Of a stretch of 64,000 bases of DNA, positions 53,848 to 61,997 are shown one piece after another. The notes beneath the pieces were generated by a model that saw only the letters and a list, made by a program, of their open reading frames with translations, did no database searches and was not told the DNA's origin. Origin of the DNA: a virus (lineage: Duplodnaviria; Caudoviricetes); the IMG/VR virus record IMGVR_UViG_3300028832_000145, positions 1,305 through 65,304 of that record; one strand, written 5' to 3'. The translations under genes were made by a program, and so were the position numbers. Position 1 is the stretch's first letter; each line of letters begins with the position of its first letter.

Positions 53848-53887
53848 TAATTTTGTGAAAAACGTAATCAGGATTGTCTTACCTTTG
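53848..53887 (+). promoter_or_regulatory. Late-type promoter upstream of the CCC cassette
   Basis: TAATTTTGTGAAAA, 18 nt, then TACCTTTG. Confidence 0.55.
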
Positions 53888-53889
53888 CA

Positions 53890-54035
53890 GTCGAAATCGG
53901 GGCGATAAAAATCCCCCGACTTTCATTCAAGACGCTTCACTTTCCTACAATGATACCGCAACGCGGCGCCGGGGGATTGATTCCTGTTGGCCACGATGCG
54001 GTATCTACATTATTGCGGAATGGTGAAGCAGGTGC
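53890..54035. ncRNA. Candidate structured leader or antisense RNA
   Basis: Nested helices GCTTCAC/GTGAAGC and ATACCGCA/TGCGGTAT, crossing helix AATCCCCCG/CGGGGGATT, convergent TAnnTTTG boxes at both ends. Confidence 0.4.
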
Positions 54036-54075
54036 AAAGATAGGAAAATAAAATTAACCAACCAAATTTTGCACA

Positions 54076-54303
54076 ATGAAAATCGTGGAATTACTAAAAA
54101 TTAGCAGCCCGGCGTTAAAAATGCTCTCAGATAATGAGGTTCCTAGTGGCGACTGGCGGTTTGTTGCCATGTATGAGGCTTTCCAGAACATGAGAGCCTG
54201 CGGCGTGAAATACCGCGAGGCGGTCAGAGAGCTTGCTGCCGACTACCAAGTCAGCCGTGCTACCATCGAACGTGCCATCAAGAGATTAAGCCTAGAGTGT
54301 TAA
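54076..54303 (+). CDS. Small HTH protein
   Basis: YREAVRELAADYQVSRATIERAIKRL HTH pattern. Confidence 0.7.
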   Translation: MKIVELLKISSPALKMLSDNEVPSGDWRFVAMYEAFQNMRACGVKYREAVRELAADYQVSRATIERAIKRLSLEC

Positions 54304-54434
54304 ACAGCCTCAGCGTTTGAGTGCTGAAACAGCATGCCGGACGAAACAACTATATCAGTCCGGCCGTATCTTTGTCCCCGTCAATGCGCAGTGACAGAGA
54401 TAACCAAATTTATTAACATCTAAAAAGTAGAATC

Positions 54435-55232
54435 ATGGAATACGACAAGATTTTGACCGTGCCGACGGGCGGCACTGATTCAGCCACCGCTATGGCGATG
54501 ATGAACAACAACCCGTGGATGTACCTCGTCATGTTGGCCCTGTTCGGTGGTGGTGGCTTCGGCTTCGGCAACGGACGCGGCGCAGGTGTCGCCGCCAATG
54601 GCGTTCTCGACATGGAGACACAGAACAAGCTGAACAGCCTGCAGGCACAGATCAACGACAACAACAACAATCAGTGGGCACGCGAGGCCATCACTGGTGT
54701 TGGCGAACGCGCTGACTTTGCTATCTCGCAGCTGTCTCAGAACATCGGTGTTGGCGTAGCAGAGCTTCGCAATGCCATCGGTGCCGTCAACGCAGGTATT
54801 GCCCAGCTTGGCGCACAGAACGGCATGGGCTTCGCTGGCGTTACCAACGCTATCAACCTCGGTAACCTGAACCTCGTCCAGCAACTGAAGGACTGCTGCT
54901 GTGGTCTGAAGACTCAGGTTCTAGAACAGGGCTATCAGGGACGCATCGAGACCATCAACCAGACCAACGACCTGCTCACAGGTATGCGCGTAGAGAACGG
55001 ACTCACCCGTGCAGAGATGGCATCGTTCCGTCAGGCATGGGAGAACGCACGCTATCAGGACGTGGTGGCAGAGAAGACGCGCCTCCAGACAGAGCTTGAC
55101 CTGCTTCGCTCTCAGAACGGCACCGCTGCCATGATGGCACCTATGCAGGCCGAACTCCAGAAGCTGGAGTGGCAGATGCAGAACTTCTTCAGCACCTACA
55201 ACGGCGCGAAGACTGCCCAGGCCGCTTCCTAA
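54435..55232 (+). CDS. Membrane-anchored Gly-rich coiled-coil protein with DCCC motif
   Basis: WMYLVMLALF hydrophobic stretch, GGGGFGFGNG, Asn/Gln-rich helices, QQLKDCCCG. Confidence 0.85.
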   Translation: MEYDKILTVPTGGTDSATAMAMMNNNPWMYLVMLALFGGGGFGFGNGRGAGVAANGVLDMETQNKLNSLQAQINDNNNNQWAREAITGVGERADFAISQLSQNIGVGVAELRNAIGAVNAGIAQLGAQNGMGFAGVTNAINLGNLNLVQQLKDCCCGLKTQVLEQGYQGRIETINQTNDLLTGMRVENGLTRAEMASFRQAWENARYQDVVAEKTRLQTELDLLRSQNGTAAMMAPMQAELQKLEWQMQNFFSTYNGAKTAQAAS

Positions 55233-55246
55233 ACTATTCCTCCGAG

Positions 55247-55315
55247 GGGTGGCGGCTGAAAATGCTGCCACCCTGTCGGCGGCAACTTAATAAGAACTTA
55301 ATAAGAACTTAATAA
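55247..55315 (+). repeat. Hairpin followed by three AACTTAATAA(G) tandem repeats
   Basis: GGGTGGCGGC-TGAAAAT-GCTGCCACCC at 55247-55273; 11-nt unit at 55284, 55295, 55306. Confidence 0.75.
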
Positions 55316-55337
55316 ACAAACACGGAGGATAAGAGGC

Positions 55338-55877
55338 ATGAACATATTACTTAAGGACATGACACCCGGACAGATGGTGTACGCGCTGATAAAGGGTGAT
55401 GAATTAAAGTACTTTGAAGGCAGCATCGTAAGTGTTGGTCAGCAGCGCATGGAAATGTCACAGACCACACCAGGGCAGATGCCTATGCAAGTGCCTTCCA
55501 TGAAGAACGTCGTTGATGTGACATACACCATCGACGGAAAGAACTACACCGACACCGTGGATATTACTGCGGCGATGTTCCCAACCGACAAGCCTGGAGC
55601 ACTCTCGCTGGTTGCATCCGACAAAGAGGCCATCGTCCGGGAGCTGCAGGCCACCCTTAACAACAGCGAGAACTATCTGAAGGAGGCCGACCGCGAAGTG
55701 CCTAAGCAGAAGCGCAGGGTAAAGGATGCCAAAGCCTTGATAGCACAGCTCGACACTAACTTTAAGGAGAAGCAGCAGATGGAAGAACGCTTCGGCAAAA
55801 TCGAAGAGACACAAAAAGACCAGGGCAACAAGCTCGACCAGATACTGGCACTTCTGAAAAAGGATGATTCTTTGTAG
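55338..55877 (+). CDS. Hypothetical protein, SH3-like N-half and coiled-coil C-half
   Basis: 179 aa, third gene of the cassette. Confidence 0.7.
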   Translation: MNILLKDMTPGQMVYALIKGDELKYFEGSIVSVGQQRMEMSQTTPGQMPMQVPSMKNVVDVTYTIDGKNYTDTVDITAAMFPTDKPGALSLVASDKEAIVRELQATLNNSENYLKEADREVPKQKRRVKDAKALIAQLDTNFKEKQQMEERFGKIEETQKDQGNKLDQILALLKKDDSL

Positions 55878-55930
55878 TCCTTAAAGAATCAGAACGCTTA
55901 TTAAAGTTTTAACCATAAAAGTAAAATAAC

Positions 55931-56413
55931 ATGAACGCAGAAGACATTATGAGGAAGTACGACCAGCTTTATGATAAGATGGCCACCTCTTGGAAAATCG
56001 ACAACATGAAGTTGTTCGGAAAGGTCGGGCGTGAGTCTATGGTGTTGTTGGCAAAAAACATGCCTGACAAAGCACAAGAGCTGCTTGACAAGCTGTGTGC
56101 CATCAACTGGGACAACTACCTGACGGAGCATGAAGCAGAGACCATCACATTAAAGATGGAGCCTCAACGCCCTTGGACGAGGGAACAGTGGAAAGCAGTA
56201 CTGGAGCAGCACGGCTACAAGCTCGACGAAGAACCATACTACAACCGCTGGGCCTTATACGTCACCATGTGCATGATCTACACCGATGACATTGAAAGCT
56301 TGAAGCATTACGCCAGCGGCGTAGACATGTTTGAGTTTATCCATGCCCTTGCGCTGAACAAACTGAAGGACAAAGATAAGGTCTACGCAGTAAGGGAGTA
56401 TTTTAAGCTCTGA
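55931..56413 (+). CDS. Hypothetical helical protein
   Basis: 160 aa; YYNRWALYVTMCMIYTD and LKDKD motifs. Confidence 0.7.
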   Translation: MNAEDIMRKYDQLYDKMATSWKIDNMKLFGKVGRESMVLLAKNMPDKAQELLDKLCAINWDNYLTEHEAETITLKMEPQRPWTREQWKAVLEQHGYKLDEEPYYNRWALYVTMCMIYTDDIESLKHYASGVDMFEFIHALALNKLKDKDKVYAVREYFKL

Positions 56414-56423
56414 TGCCGTGTTG

Positions 56424-56458
56424 GTCGGGGTGTCTCATTTCTTGGGACACCCTATTTC
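56424..56458. terminator. Hairpin terminator between convergent genes
   Basis: GGGTGTC...GACACCC stem followed by TATTTCTTT. Confidence 0.55.
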
Positions 56459-56790
56459 TTTCTATCGGCTTTCCCTTGAAACTCCATTGCCATGTACGCA
56501 ATAAAGCCCATGCAGGATGCCAAATAAGGAATCTGGTTAAGAAATGAGCCGGTGATAACGTATGCTGCCACAACGTAGGCAACAGTCATAACAACAAAGA
56601 CGCTGCCCCATATAGTATAGGTATTGTCTTCTCCTTTTATAAAGATGTGTAAAGGTATGCTTACTATCAGAGACAGCCACGGCAGCGATGCGCCCAAGCC
56701 CCATAGCCAGCCTACAGGCTTGTTGACAAACAGGCATAGCGCGTAAAATAAGATAGCGGCAGCGCCGACAAACCTTGTAGCAATCTTCAT
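56452..56790 (-). CDS. Four-TM membrane protein co-oriented downstream of CI
   Basis: 112 aa, four hydrophobic segments, 4 nt after the CI stop. Confidence 0.65.
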   Translation of the reverse strand: MKIATRFVGAAAILFYALCLFVNKPVGWLWGLGASLPWLSLIVSIPLHIFIKGEDNTYTIWGSVFVVMTVAYVVAAYVITGSFLNQIPYLASCMGFIAYMAMEFQGKADRKK

Positions 56791-56794
56791 AGCA

Positions 56795-57478
56795 TTACAA
56801 TATTCTCAATACACCAACACACCTATAGAATCCATGTACATATTCCTCTGGAATAAGAAAGTCCGGATATTCCTCTTTATTATAAGAGACACACCTGATG
56901 CAGTCTTTACCATCTTTATTAACAGCCTGATAGATGCGCTTGAACTTTGCGCCATCATCAGTGTCTAGAAGAAAGTCGTTTCCCCATTCTGGAAAACGCG
57001 CTTTCTTGAAAAACAGCTCATCTCCTCTTTCGTATTTTGGAGACATGCGGTTATTTTTCAGAATCAAGGAGAAATCGTATTCCGAAAACTGAGCAATGAC
57101 AGGACGCTCCTGACATAGCACTCTTTTCTTGCCATTGTAGTATTCTTCCAGATGAGCATCGGCCATGAACTTTGGCAATCTCGGTTTGGTCGGCAACAGA
57201 TCCATGTGCTTCTGTAGAGCTTGGGTTTCTGCCAGAAGCTGGTCTTTTGCGTACATCTCACCCTCTCCGTACAGAAGCCAATCCAACCTCACATCTTTGA
57301 AAGCCTCAACAATCTTAGACGGTAAAGTGTTTGGCACCTTTCGGACACCAATCATAATCTTATTAAGGCTAGAATAACTATAGCCTATCTTTTCCGCAAA
57401 AGACCTCTGCGATAAGCCCTCGGTTTCAATAAGCCTATCTATCCTATCCCGTCTTTCCTTATCCAGATTTTCACCCAT
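56795..57478 (-). CDS. cI: CI-like repressor (XRE HTH plus S24 peptidase domain)
   Basis: LSQRSFAEKIGYSYSSLNKI HTH, NNRMSPKYERGD Ser motif, AKFKRI Lys motif; divergent from the early operon. Confidence 0.9.
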   Translation of the reverse strand: MGENLDKERRDRIDRLIETEGLSQRSFAEKIGYSYSSLNKIMIGVRKVPNTLPSKIVEAFKDVRLDWLLYGEGEMYAKDQLLAETQALQKHMDLLPTKPRLPKFMADAHLEEYYNGKKRVLCQERPVIAQFSEYDFSLILKNNRMSPKYERGDELFFKKARFPEWGNDFLLDTDDGAKFKRIYQAVNKDGKDCIRCVSYNKEEYPDFLIPEEYVHGFYRCVGVLRIL

Positions 57479-57688
57479 TTATGGTCGTTTTAATCCTTAA
57501 TATATGTAAATATGGTACAAAATATCCTAATAAATAGGTCAGATATATCCGTTAAAGGATAACTTTGCCTATATTTGCACTCGGAAACCATTCGGGTTGT
57601 GTCCCGAATTAGTCCAAAATGCAACGCAGTTTGCAAAAATACGAAGAAACTTTGAAACTACCAAATAATTCATCAATAAAATATTGCT

Positions 57689-57880
57689 ATGGCTACCAAA
57701 AAGAAAATTATCATGGTTAAACCGCAGATGATTGGAAAGCTCTGCCAGGCAACTGGCAGTAAGAGAACCACGGTCTATAATGCGCTTAACTATTCCTCCT
57801 TCAGCGAAAATGCTGAACGAATCAGACAACTGGCGCTATCCGACTACGGAGGACTAGAAACCACTAAGACATACCTGTAA
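57689..57880 (+). CDS. Cro-like small DNA-binding protein
   Basis: 63 aa divergent from CI; LCQATGSKRTTVYNAL HTH. Confidence 0.65.
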   Translation: MATKKKIIMVKPQMIGKLCQATGSKRTTVYNALNYSSFSENAERIRQLALSDYGGLETTKTYL

Positions 57881-57909
57881 TTATTCAACGTAACTAAAAA
57901 CATTCACTA

Positions 57910-58245
57910 ATGACTACCAAATCCGCAACACAGATGGCCGAGACCTACGGCTTGAAGAGCGCCATTGCCTTCAATAAGCTGCTGGTTAAGTGCGGTGTCC
58001 TCTTGGATACCAACAAGGGCTACATGCTTGCCGACAATCTGCGAGGCCGCAGCCTTGTAAGCGTTATCGACATGCCCTACTGGCTACCTAACGGCATCCG
58101 TGCCACCAAGAAGAAGGCCGTCTGGACGGATGAAGGTCAGAAGTATATCTATCAGCGTCTCGCGCGTATCGGCATCCTGCCTCTTGAAGAGCGAAGAGAC
58201 CTATTCGCAGAGACCGTTTCAATAACTAAAGCATTATGGACCTGA
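57910..58245 (+). CDS. Antirepressor, KilAC-like domain
   Basis: SATQMAETYGLKSAIAFNKLL and WTDEGQKYI motifs. Confidence 0.7.
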   Translation: MTTKSATQMAETYGLKSAIAFNKLLVKCGVLLDTNKGYMLADNLRGRSLVSVIDMPYWLPNGIRATKKKAVWTDEGQKYIYQRLARIGILPLEERRDLFAETVSITKALWT

Positions 58246-58547
58246 ACAGCATCATACGCTCAGACAACGCCGCCAACATACAGTTGGTTGTCAACGCAAA
58301 GGACTTGCGCGACCTCCTTGATACTGCTATGGCTTTTGCCAAGCGCGAGATACAGGAGCACGACGAACCTAAGTACTACACCCGTGAAGAGCTGGAGGCG
58401 CTGCTGCATGTTTCCTCTCCCACCCTTCTGTCCTATCGTAAGAAGGGACTGGTACCTGAGCCTATCACCATCGACGGCCGCGTCCTCTACGACAAGGCTG
58501 CTGTCCGCAAGGCTCTTGAAAATGGCAAACTCAAACTTAAACAATAA
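58236..58547 (+). CDS. Excisionase-like HTH_17/MerR-type protein
   Basis: YYTREELEALLHVSSPTLLSYRKKG...GRVLYDK. Confidence 0.75.
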   Translation: MDLNSIIRSDNAANIQLVVNAKDLRDLLDTAMAFAKREIQEHDEPKYYTREELEALLHVSSPTLLSYRKKGLVPEPITIDGRVLYDKAAVRKALENGKLKLKQ

Positions 58548-58553
58548 CGCCTT

Positions 58554-58775
58554 ATGAAACAACTCTATGCCAAGACCGCTTTAGCCGTAGTCATCGGTAT
58601 TGCCGGTATTCTCCTGCTCGGATGGGCTGGACGTGTAGACTACAACGAACAGGTATTGCTCCACATGTCACAGGAGGACTACGATACCATTGTCAGCCGT
58701 CTCTCATTCCACGGACAAAAGCCTTCAGACGGTGATATTGTCGACTTCTACCGCAAACACTTCAACCATGAGTAA
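58554..58775 (+). CDS. Small protein with N-terminal TM helix
   Basis: 73 aa; ALAVVIGIAGILLLGWAG. Confidence 0.6.
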   Translation: MKQLYAKTALAVVIGIAGILLLGWAGRVDYNEQVLLHMSQEDYDTIVSRLSFHGQKPSDGDIVDFYRKHFNHE

Positions 58776-58941
58776 CGACAAGACCTACAAGCGGAAGCTC
58801 GAAGAGCAGATCCGGCAGCTCGACGCAGACCTGTACCAGGTTGTCGGCTTCATGGACGTCTGCACCGTTGAGAGCCTATGCCGCCGCAAGAATATAACCA
58901 TTATCAAACTACATTCATTCAAAGGAGGCTTATATGAGTAA
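58768..58941 (+). CDS. Small hypothetical protein
   Basis: 57 aa from the ATG overlapping the previous stop. Confidence 0.45.
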   Translation: MSNDKTYKRKLEEQIRQLDADLYQVVGFMDVCTVESLCRRKNITIIKLHSFKGGLYE

Positions 58942-59224
58942 AGACAATATACGTCGCTGTCGTGACTGCAAACATGCCCATCTTATCCAGTATGGCAACA
59001 ATCCCGTTCTCGCTGAGTGTACGCTAAAGCCTCAGCCGGGCAACGAGCGTTTCCCTTATCGCGTCGAGGTCGCCAGCGTCGTGCGCCAGTGTAAAACCTA
59101 CGCTTGCCAGCACACGCAGGACAAACCCATCGAGCACCGGGAGAAACGCACCATCAGCTCCGTCAAACCTTCGTGCACCCAGGCGGCGTTCTCGCCGTCG
59201 CCTGCCACCACTATAGACGCATGA
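58934..59224 (+). CDS. Cys-containing hypothetical protein
   Basis: CRDCKHA...C...C pattern. Confidence 0.55.
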   Translation: MSKDNIRRCRDCKHAHLIQYGNNPVLAECTLKPQPGNERFPYRVEVASVVRQCKTYACQHTQDKPIEHREKRTISSVKPSCTQAAFSPSPATTIDA

Positions 59225-59227
59225 CGC

Positions 59228-60118
59228 ATGAAAGGCTATATCAAACTGCCCAGGGATTTCTTGGAATGGGAATGGTGGGGACGATGGCCCCATCACCTGC
59301 TCTTCGAATGGCTGCTAATAAAGGCGCGTATCTACGACAAGAAGGTGCAGGGCGTTCTCGTCCGTCGAGGCTCCGTCCTGACTACATGGGACGAAATGCA
59401 GAAGGCCGTCAGCTGCTCCCGGGGAGCATTATCGCGCGCCATCAAGGATTTATCCGAGTGTAACGAGATTGTCACAAGAACGGACTGCCGAAAAACCATC
59501 GTAACTATCTGTCATTATGAAGATTATCAAGGCAACGATAACACACTTTGGACTGATAACGGACTGATAACGGACTATGAACGGACTGATACACCTATTT
59601 ATAAAGAAGAAAGAAAGAATGAAAAAGATATATATAGCGCGCACGCGCACGATGATGATGGCTTTGTCTCTGACAGCGACTGCCGCCTATGGATGCAGCG
59701 TTATAATGCTATTGCAGCATCCTTTGGCGCCAAGCCTGCAGACCAGCTCAACACCAAGCGCCGACTGCTCATCAGCCAGCGCGTCCGGGAGAGGGGCCGC
59801 GGTTCCGTCGACATCCTCTTTCAGCAGCTGGAGCGTAGCGTCTATTTCTTCGGTGACGGCTCCCGCGGTTTCCGCGGAGATTTCACTAATCTCTGGACGC
59901 TCGACGTCTACACCAAGGTCTGCGAAGGGTACTATGTGCCTGCCGCCAAGAAAACGGAGACAAGGCAGAAGCCTCAACGGACGCAGGAGGATGCCGGGGC
60001 CCATGTCTTCCAAGAAAAGCAGTCACGCGAAGACTACGAAAAGGAAATGCGACGCTACGCCGCAGAACACCCCGAAAGCAAAGCTGCCCAGGTGGTCGCC
60101 CGTTGGAACGGCGGCTAA
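59228..60118 (+). CDS. Replication initiator, lambda O/DnaD-like
   Basis: MKGYIKLPR..LEWEWW N-terminal wHTH, KTIVTICHYEDYQ, internal iterons. Confidence 0.8.
   Translation: MKGYIKLPRDFLEWEWWGRWPHHLLFEWLLIKARIYDKKVQGVLVRRGSVLTTWDEMQKAVSCSRGALSRAIKDLSECNEIVTRTDCRKTIVTICHYEDYQGNDNTLWTDNGLITDYERTDTPIYKEERKNEKDIYSAHAHDDDGFVSDSDCRLWMQRYNAIAASFGAKPADQLNTKRRLLISQRVRERGRGSVDILFQQLERSVYFFGDGSRGFRGDFTNLWTLDVYTKVCEGYYVPAAKKTETRQKPQRTQEDAGAHVFQEKQSREDYEKEMRRYAAEHPESKAAQVVARWNGG
59550..59640 (+). repeat. Probable origin: four 11-bp iterons plus AT-rich tract inside the initiator gene
   Basis: GGACTGATAAC, GGACTGATAAC, GGACTATGAAC, GGACTGATAC, then an A-rich segment. Confidence 0.75.
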
Positions 60119-60202
60119 CCGCTCAAAGCTCCCCAAGACAAGTGTTAAGTATGTTGCGATGTTATCGCAACCAGTAATAACCCAAATAAAACTCAAAACA
60201 TT

Positions 60203-60508
60203 ATGGACGTACTAAACAAGAAAGTAATCATCCGTGCCGACCGCGCTGGCGTATTCTTCGGCACACTGACCGAGAAGAGAGAGACACCCGCAGGTGTAGA
60301 GGTGGAACTGAAAGATTCACGCCGCCTGTGGTATTGGGACGGTGCTGCCAGCCTCAGCCAGCTTGCAATGGAAGGAACTACAGCCCCTAATAATTGTAAG
60401 TTTACGGTCACCGTACCGCAGCATATCGTCATGCAGGTTATCGAGATACTGCCCTGCACCGATGCTGCTATTAAATCCATTGAATCAGTAAAGGTATGGA
60501 AGCGTTAG
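60203..60508 (+). CDS. Sm/SH3-like hypothetical protein (DUF6948-like)
   Basis: VIIRADRAGVFFG and RRLWYWDGAASLSQLA motifs. Confidence 0.75.
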   Translation: MDVLNKKVIIRADRAGVFFGTLTEKRETPAGVEVELKDSRRLWYWDGAASLSQLAMEGTTAPNNCKFTVTVPQHIVMQVIEILPCTDAAIKSIESVKVWKR

Positions 60509-61212
60509 ATGAACAGATTAAGAAGTTTCTTGCTGTAAGCGACGGCTACGGCGACGGCGACGGCTACGGCTACGGCTACGGCTACGGCTCCGGCGACGGC
60601 TACGGCGACGGCTACGGCTACGGCTCCGGCGACGGCTACGGCGACGGCTCCGGCGACGGCTCCGGCGACGGCTACGGCTACGGCGACGGCGACGGCTCCG
60701 GCTACGGCGACGGCGACGGCTCCGGCATCCCTGAGTTCAACGGCGAAAAAGTCTATCAAATTGACGGCGTAGCTACCATCATTGACTACGTCCGTGGAAA
60801 TGTCGCTAAAGGTTTTATCTTGCAGTCTGATTTCACGCTGACACCCTGCTGGATAGCAAAGGACGGCAACTTCTTCGCTCACGGCGACAATCTGCGCGAT
60901 GCTGTGGCGGCGGTGGAACAGAAGCGCTTAGAGAAATTGCCTGTTGAAGAGCGTATCGCCAAGTTCCGTGAAGAGTTCCCAGATAGATATGCGGCTATTC
61001 CTGCACGCTGCCTGTGGGAGTGGCACCATATCCTCACGGGCTCCTGCCAGGCCGGGCGCAACGCCTTTGCGCGAGACCATAACATCGACCTCGACAAAGA
61101 CGAGTTTGATGTCGGCTCGTTCATTCATCTCACCTGTAACGCCTACGGCTCCGACGTTATCCGCAAGCTGGCCGAGGCCTACAACATCCCTCTCCCCAAG
61201 AACAAGTGTTAA
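60496..61212 (+). CDS. GDGYG-repeat protein
   Basis: About 60-aa G(D/Y/S) dipeptide run, then FAHG and WHHILTGSC..GR..F domain. Confidence 0.8.
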   Translation: MEALDEQIKKFLAVSDGYGDGDGYGYGYGYGSGDGYGDGYGYGSGDGYGDGSGDGSGDGYGYGDGDGSGYGDGDGSGIPEFNGEKVYQIDGVATIIDYVRGNVAKGFILQSDFTLTPCWIAKDGNFFAHGDNLRDAVAAVEQKRLEKLPVEERIAKFREEFPDRYAAIPARCLWEWHHILTGSCQAGRNAFARDHNIDLDKDEFDVGSFIHLTCNAYGSDVIRKLAEAYNIPLPKNKC

Positions 61213-61270
61213 ACCAGTAATAACCCTCATCCCGGGGCACAGTCCCCGGGCCTTTAACAACCCTATAACT

Positions 61271-61534
61271 ATGTTTGGATTTACTATCATCCGTACCGCT
61301 GTCATCGACAAGCTGCAGACCGAGCTCAACGAGCTCCGCGGTCAGCACCTCAACCTGCACCAGCTCAACAAGGGACACTTCAACCGCTACCGCCACGACA
61401 TCGACGAGCTGCTGAAAGAGAACGAAACGCTGGGCAAGGAACTGGCAGACCTCAAACGCCGTCTTGCCACCGTGGAGAATGAACATAACAAGTACCACAA
61501 TAAGCTCCAGAAGTATGAATCACGCAGAAAGTAA
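61271..61534 (+). CDS. Coiled-coil hypothetical protein
   Basis: 87 aa; start moved to MFGFTII at 61271. Confidence 0.6.
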   Translation: MFGFTIIRTAVIDKLQTELNELRGQHLNLHQLNKGHFNRYRHDIDELLKENETLGKELADLKRRLATVENEHNKYHNKLQKYESRRK

Positions 61535-61994
61535 GCTACAGCAGCAGTGCGTCGCATGGTTCCGGGCGCAATACCCGCAATATGCCATGCTCCTGGTGCA
61601 CCCTATCAACGAGGGCAGCGGCCACACCACCGTAGATCGTCGCCGACAGGGTATCCATAAGGCCGAGGGTGCCGTGGCCGGTGTTCCTGACCTGCTGCTG
61701 TTCATGCCAAGTACACATGATGGCTATACCTTCTCTTGTCTCGCGCTGGAGATGAAGACCTCCAAAGGTTCGCAGGCACAGGCACAAAAGGATTTCGAGA
61801 GGTATTTCACGGCTGCTGGCAGCATCTATCTTGTCATAAGGAATATCGACGATTTCAGGAGAGCTGTCAACAACTGGCTCCATAATACGCCCTACGACCT
61901 GAAAGTCGCCATCTCTAATACTCATAAGCTCGTTATTGAAGAGCGCGAGGCCCGAGAGCGTGAACACTTCTATAAAGTACTAGGAAAGAAATAG
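61515..61994 (+). CDS. VRR-NUC family nuclease
   Basis: ESKLQQQC, GAVAGVPDL and LEMKT PD-(D/E)xK motifs. Confidence 0.8.
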   Translation: MNHAESKLQQQCVAWFRAQYPQYAMLLVHPINEGSGHTTVDRRRQGIHKAEGAVAGVPDLLLFMPSTHDGYTFSCLALEMKTSKGSQAQAQKDFERYFTAAGSIYLVIRNIDDFRRAVNNWLHNTPYDLKVAISNTHKLVIEEREAREREHFYKVLGKK

Positions 61995-61997
61995 ACT

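Larger units (their letters stand above)
60129..61226 (+). repeat. Direct repeats flanking a two-gene cassette
   Basis: CTCCCCAAG(A)ACAAGTGTTAA...ACCAGTAATAACCC at 60129-60183 (with a palindromic insert of about 21 nt) and 61192-61226. Confidence 0.75.

Noticed and set aside
57479-57688. CI operator sites
   Set aside because: Only one weak palindrome (TATCC-GTTAAA-GGATA) seen; no repeated consensus to support a call.
60505-60882. Minus-strand ORF with a VAVAVA run that looks like a TM protein
   Set aside because: It is the reverse reading of the GGC-NAC microsatellite.
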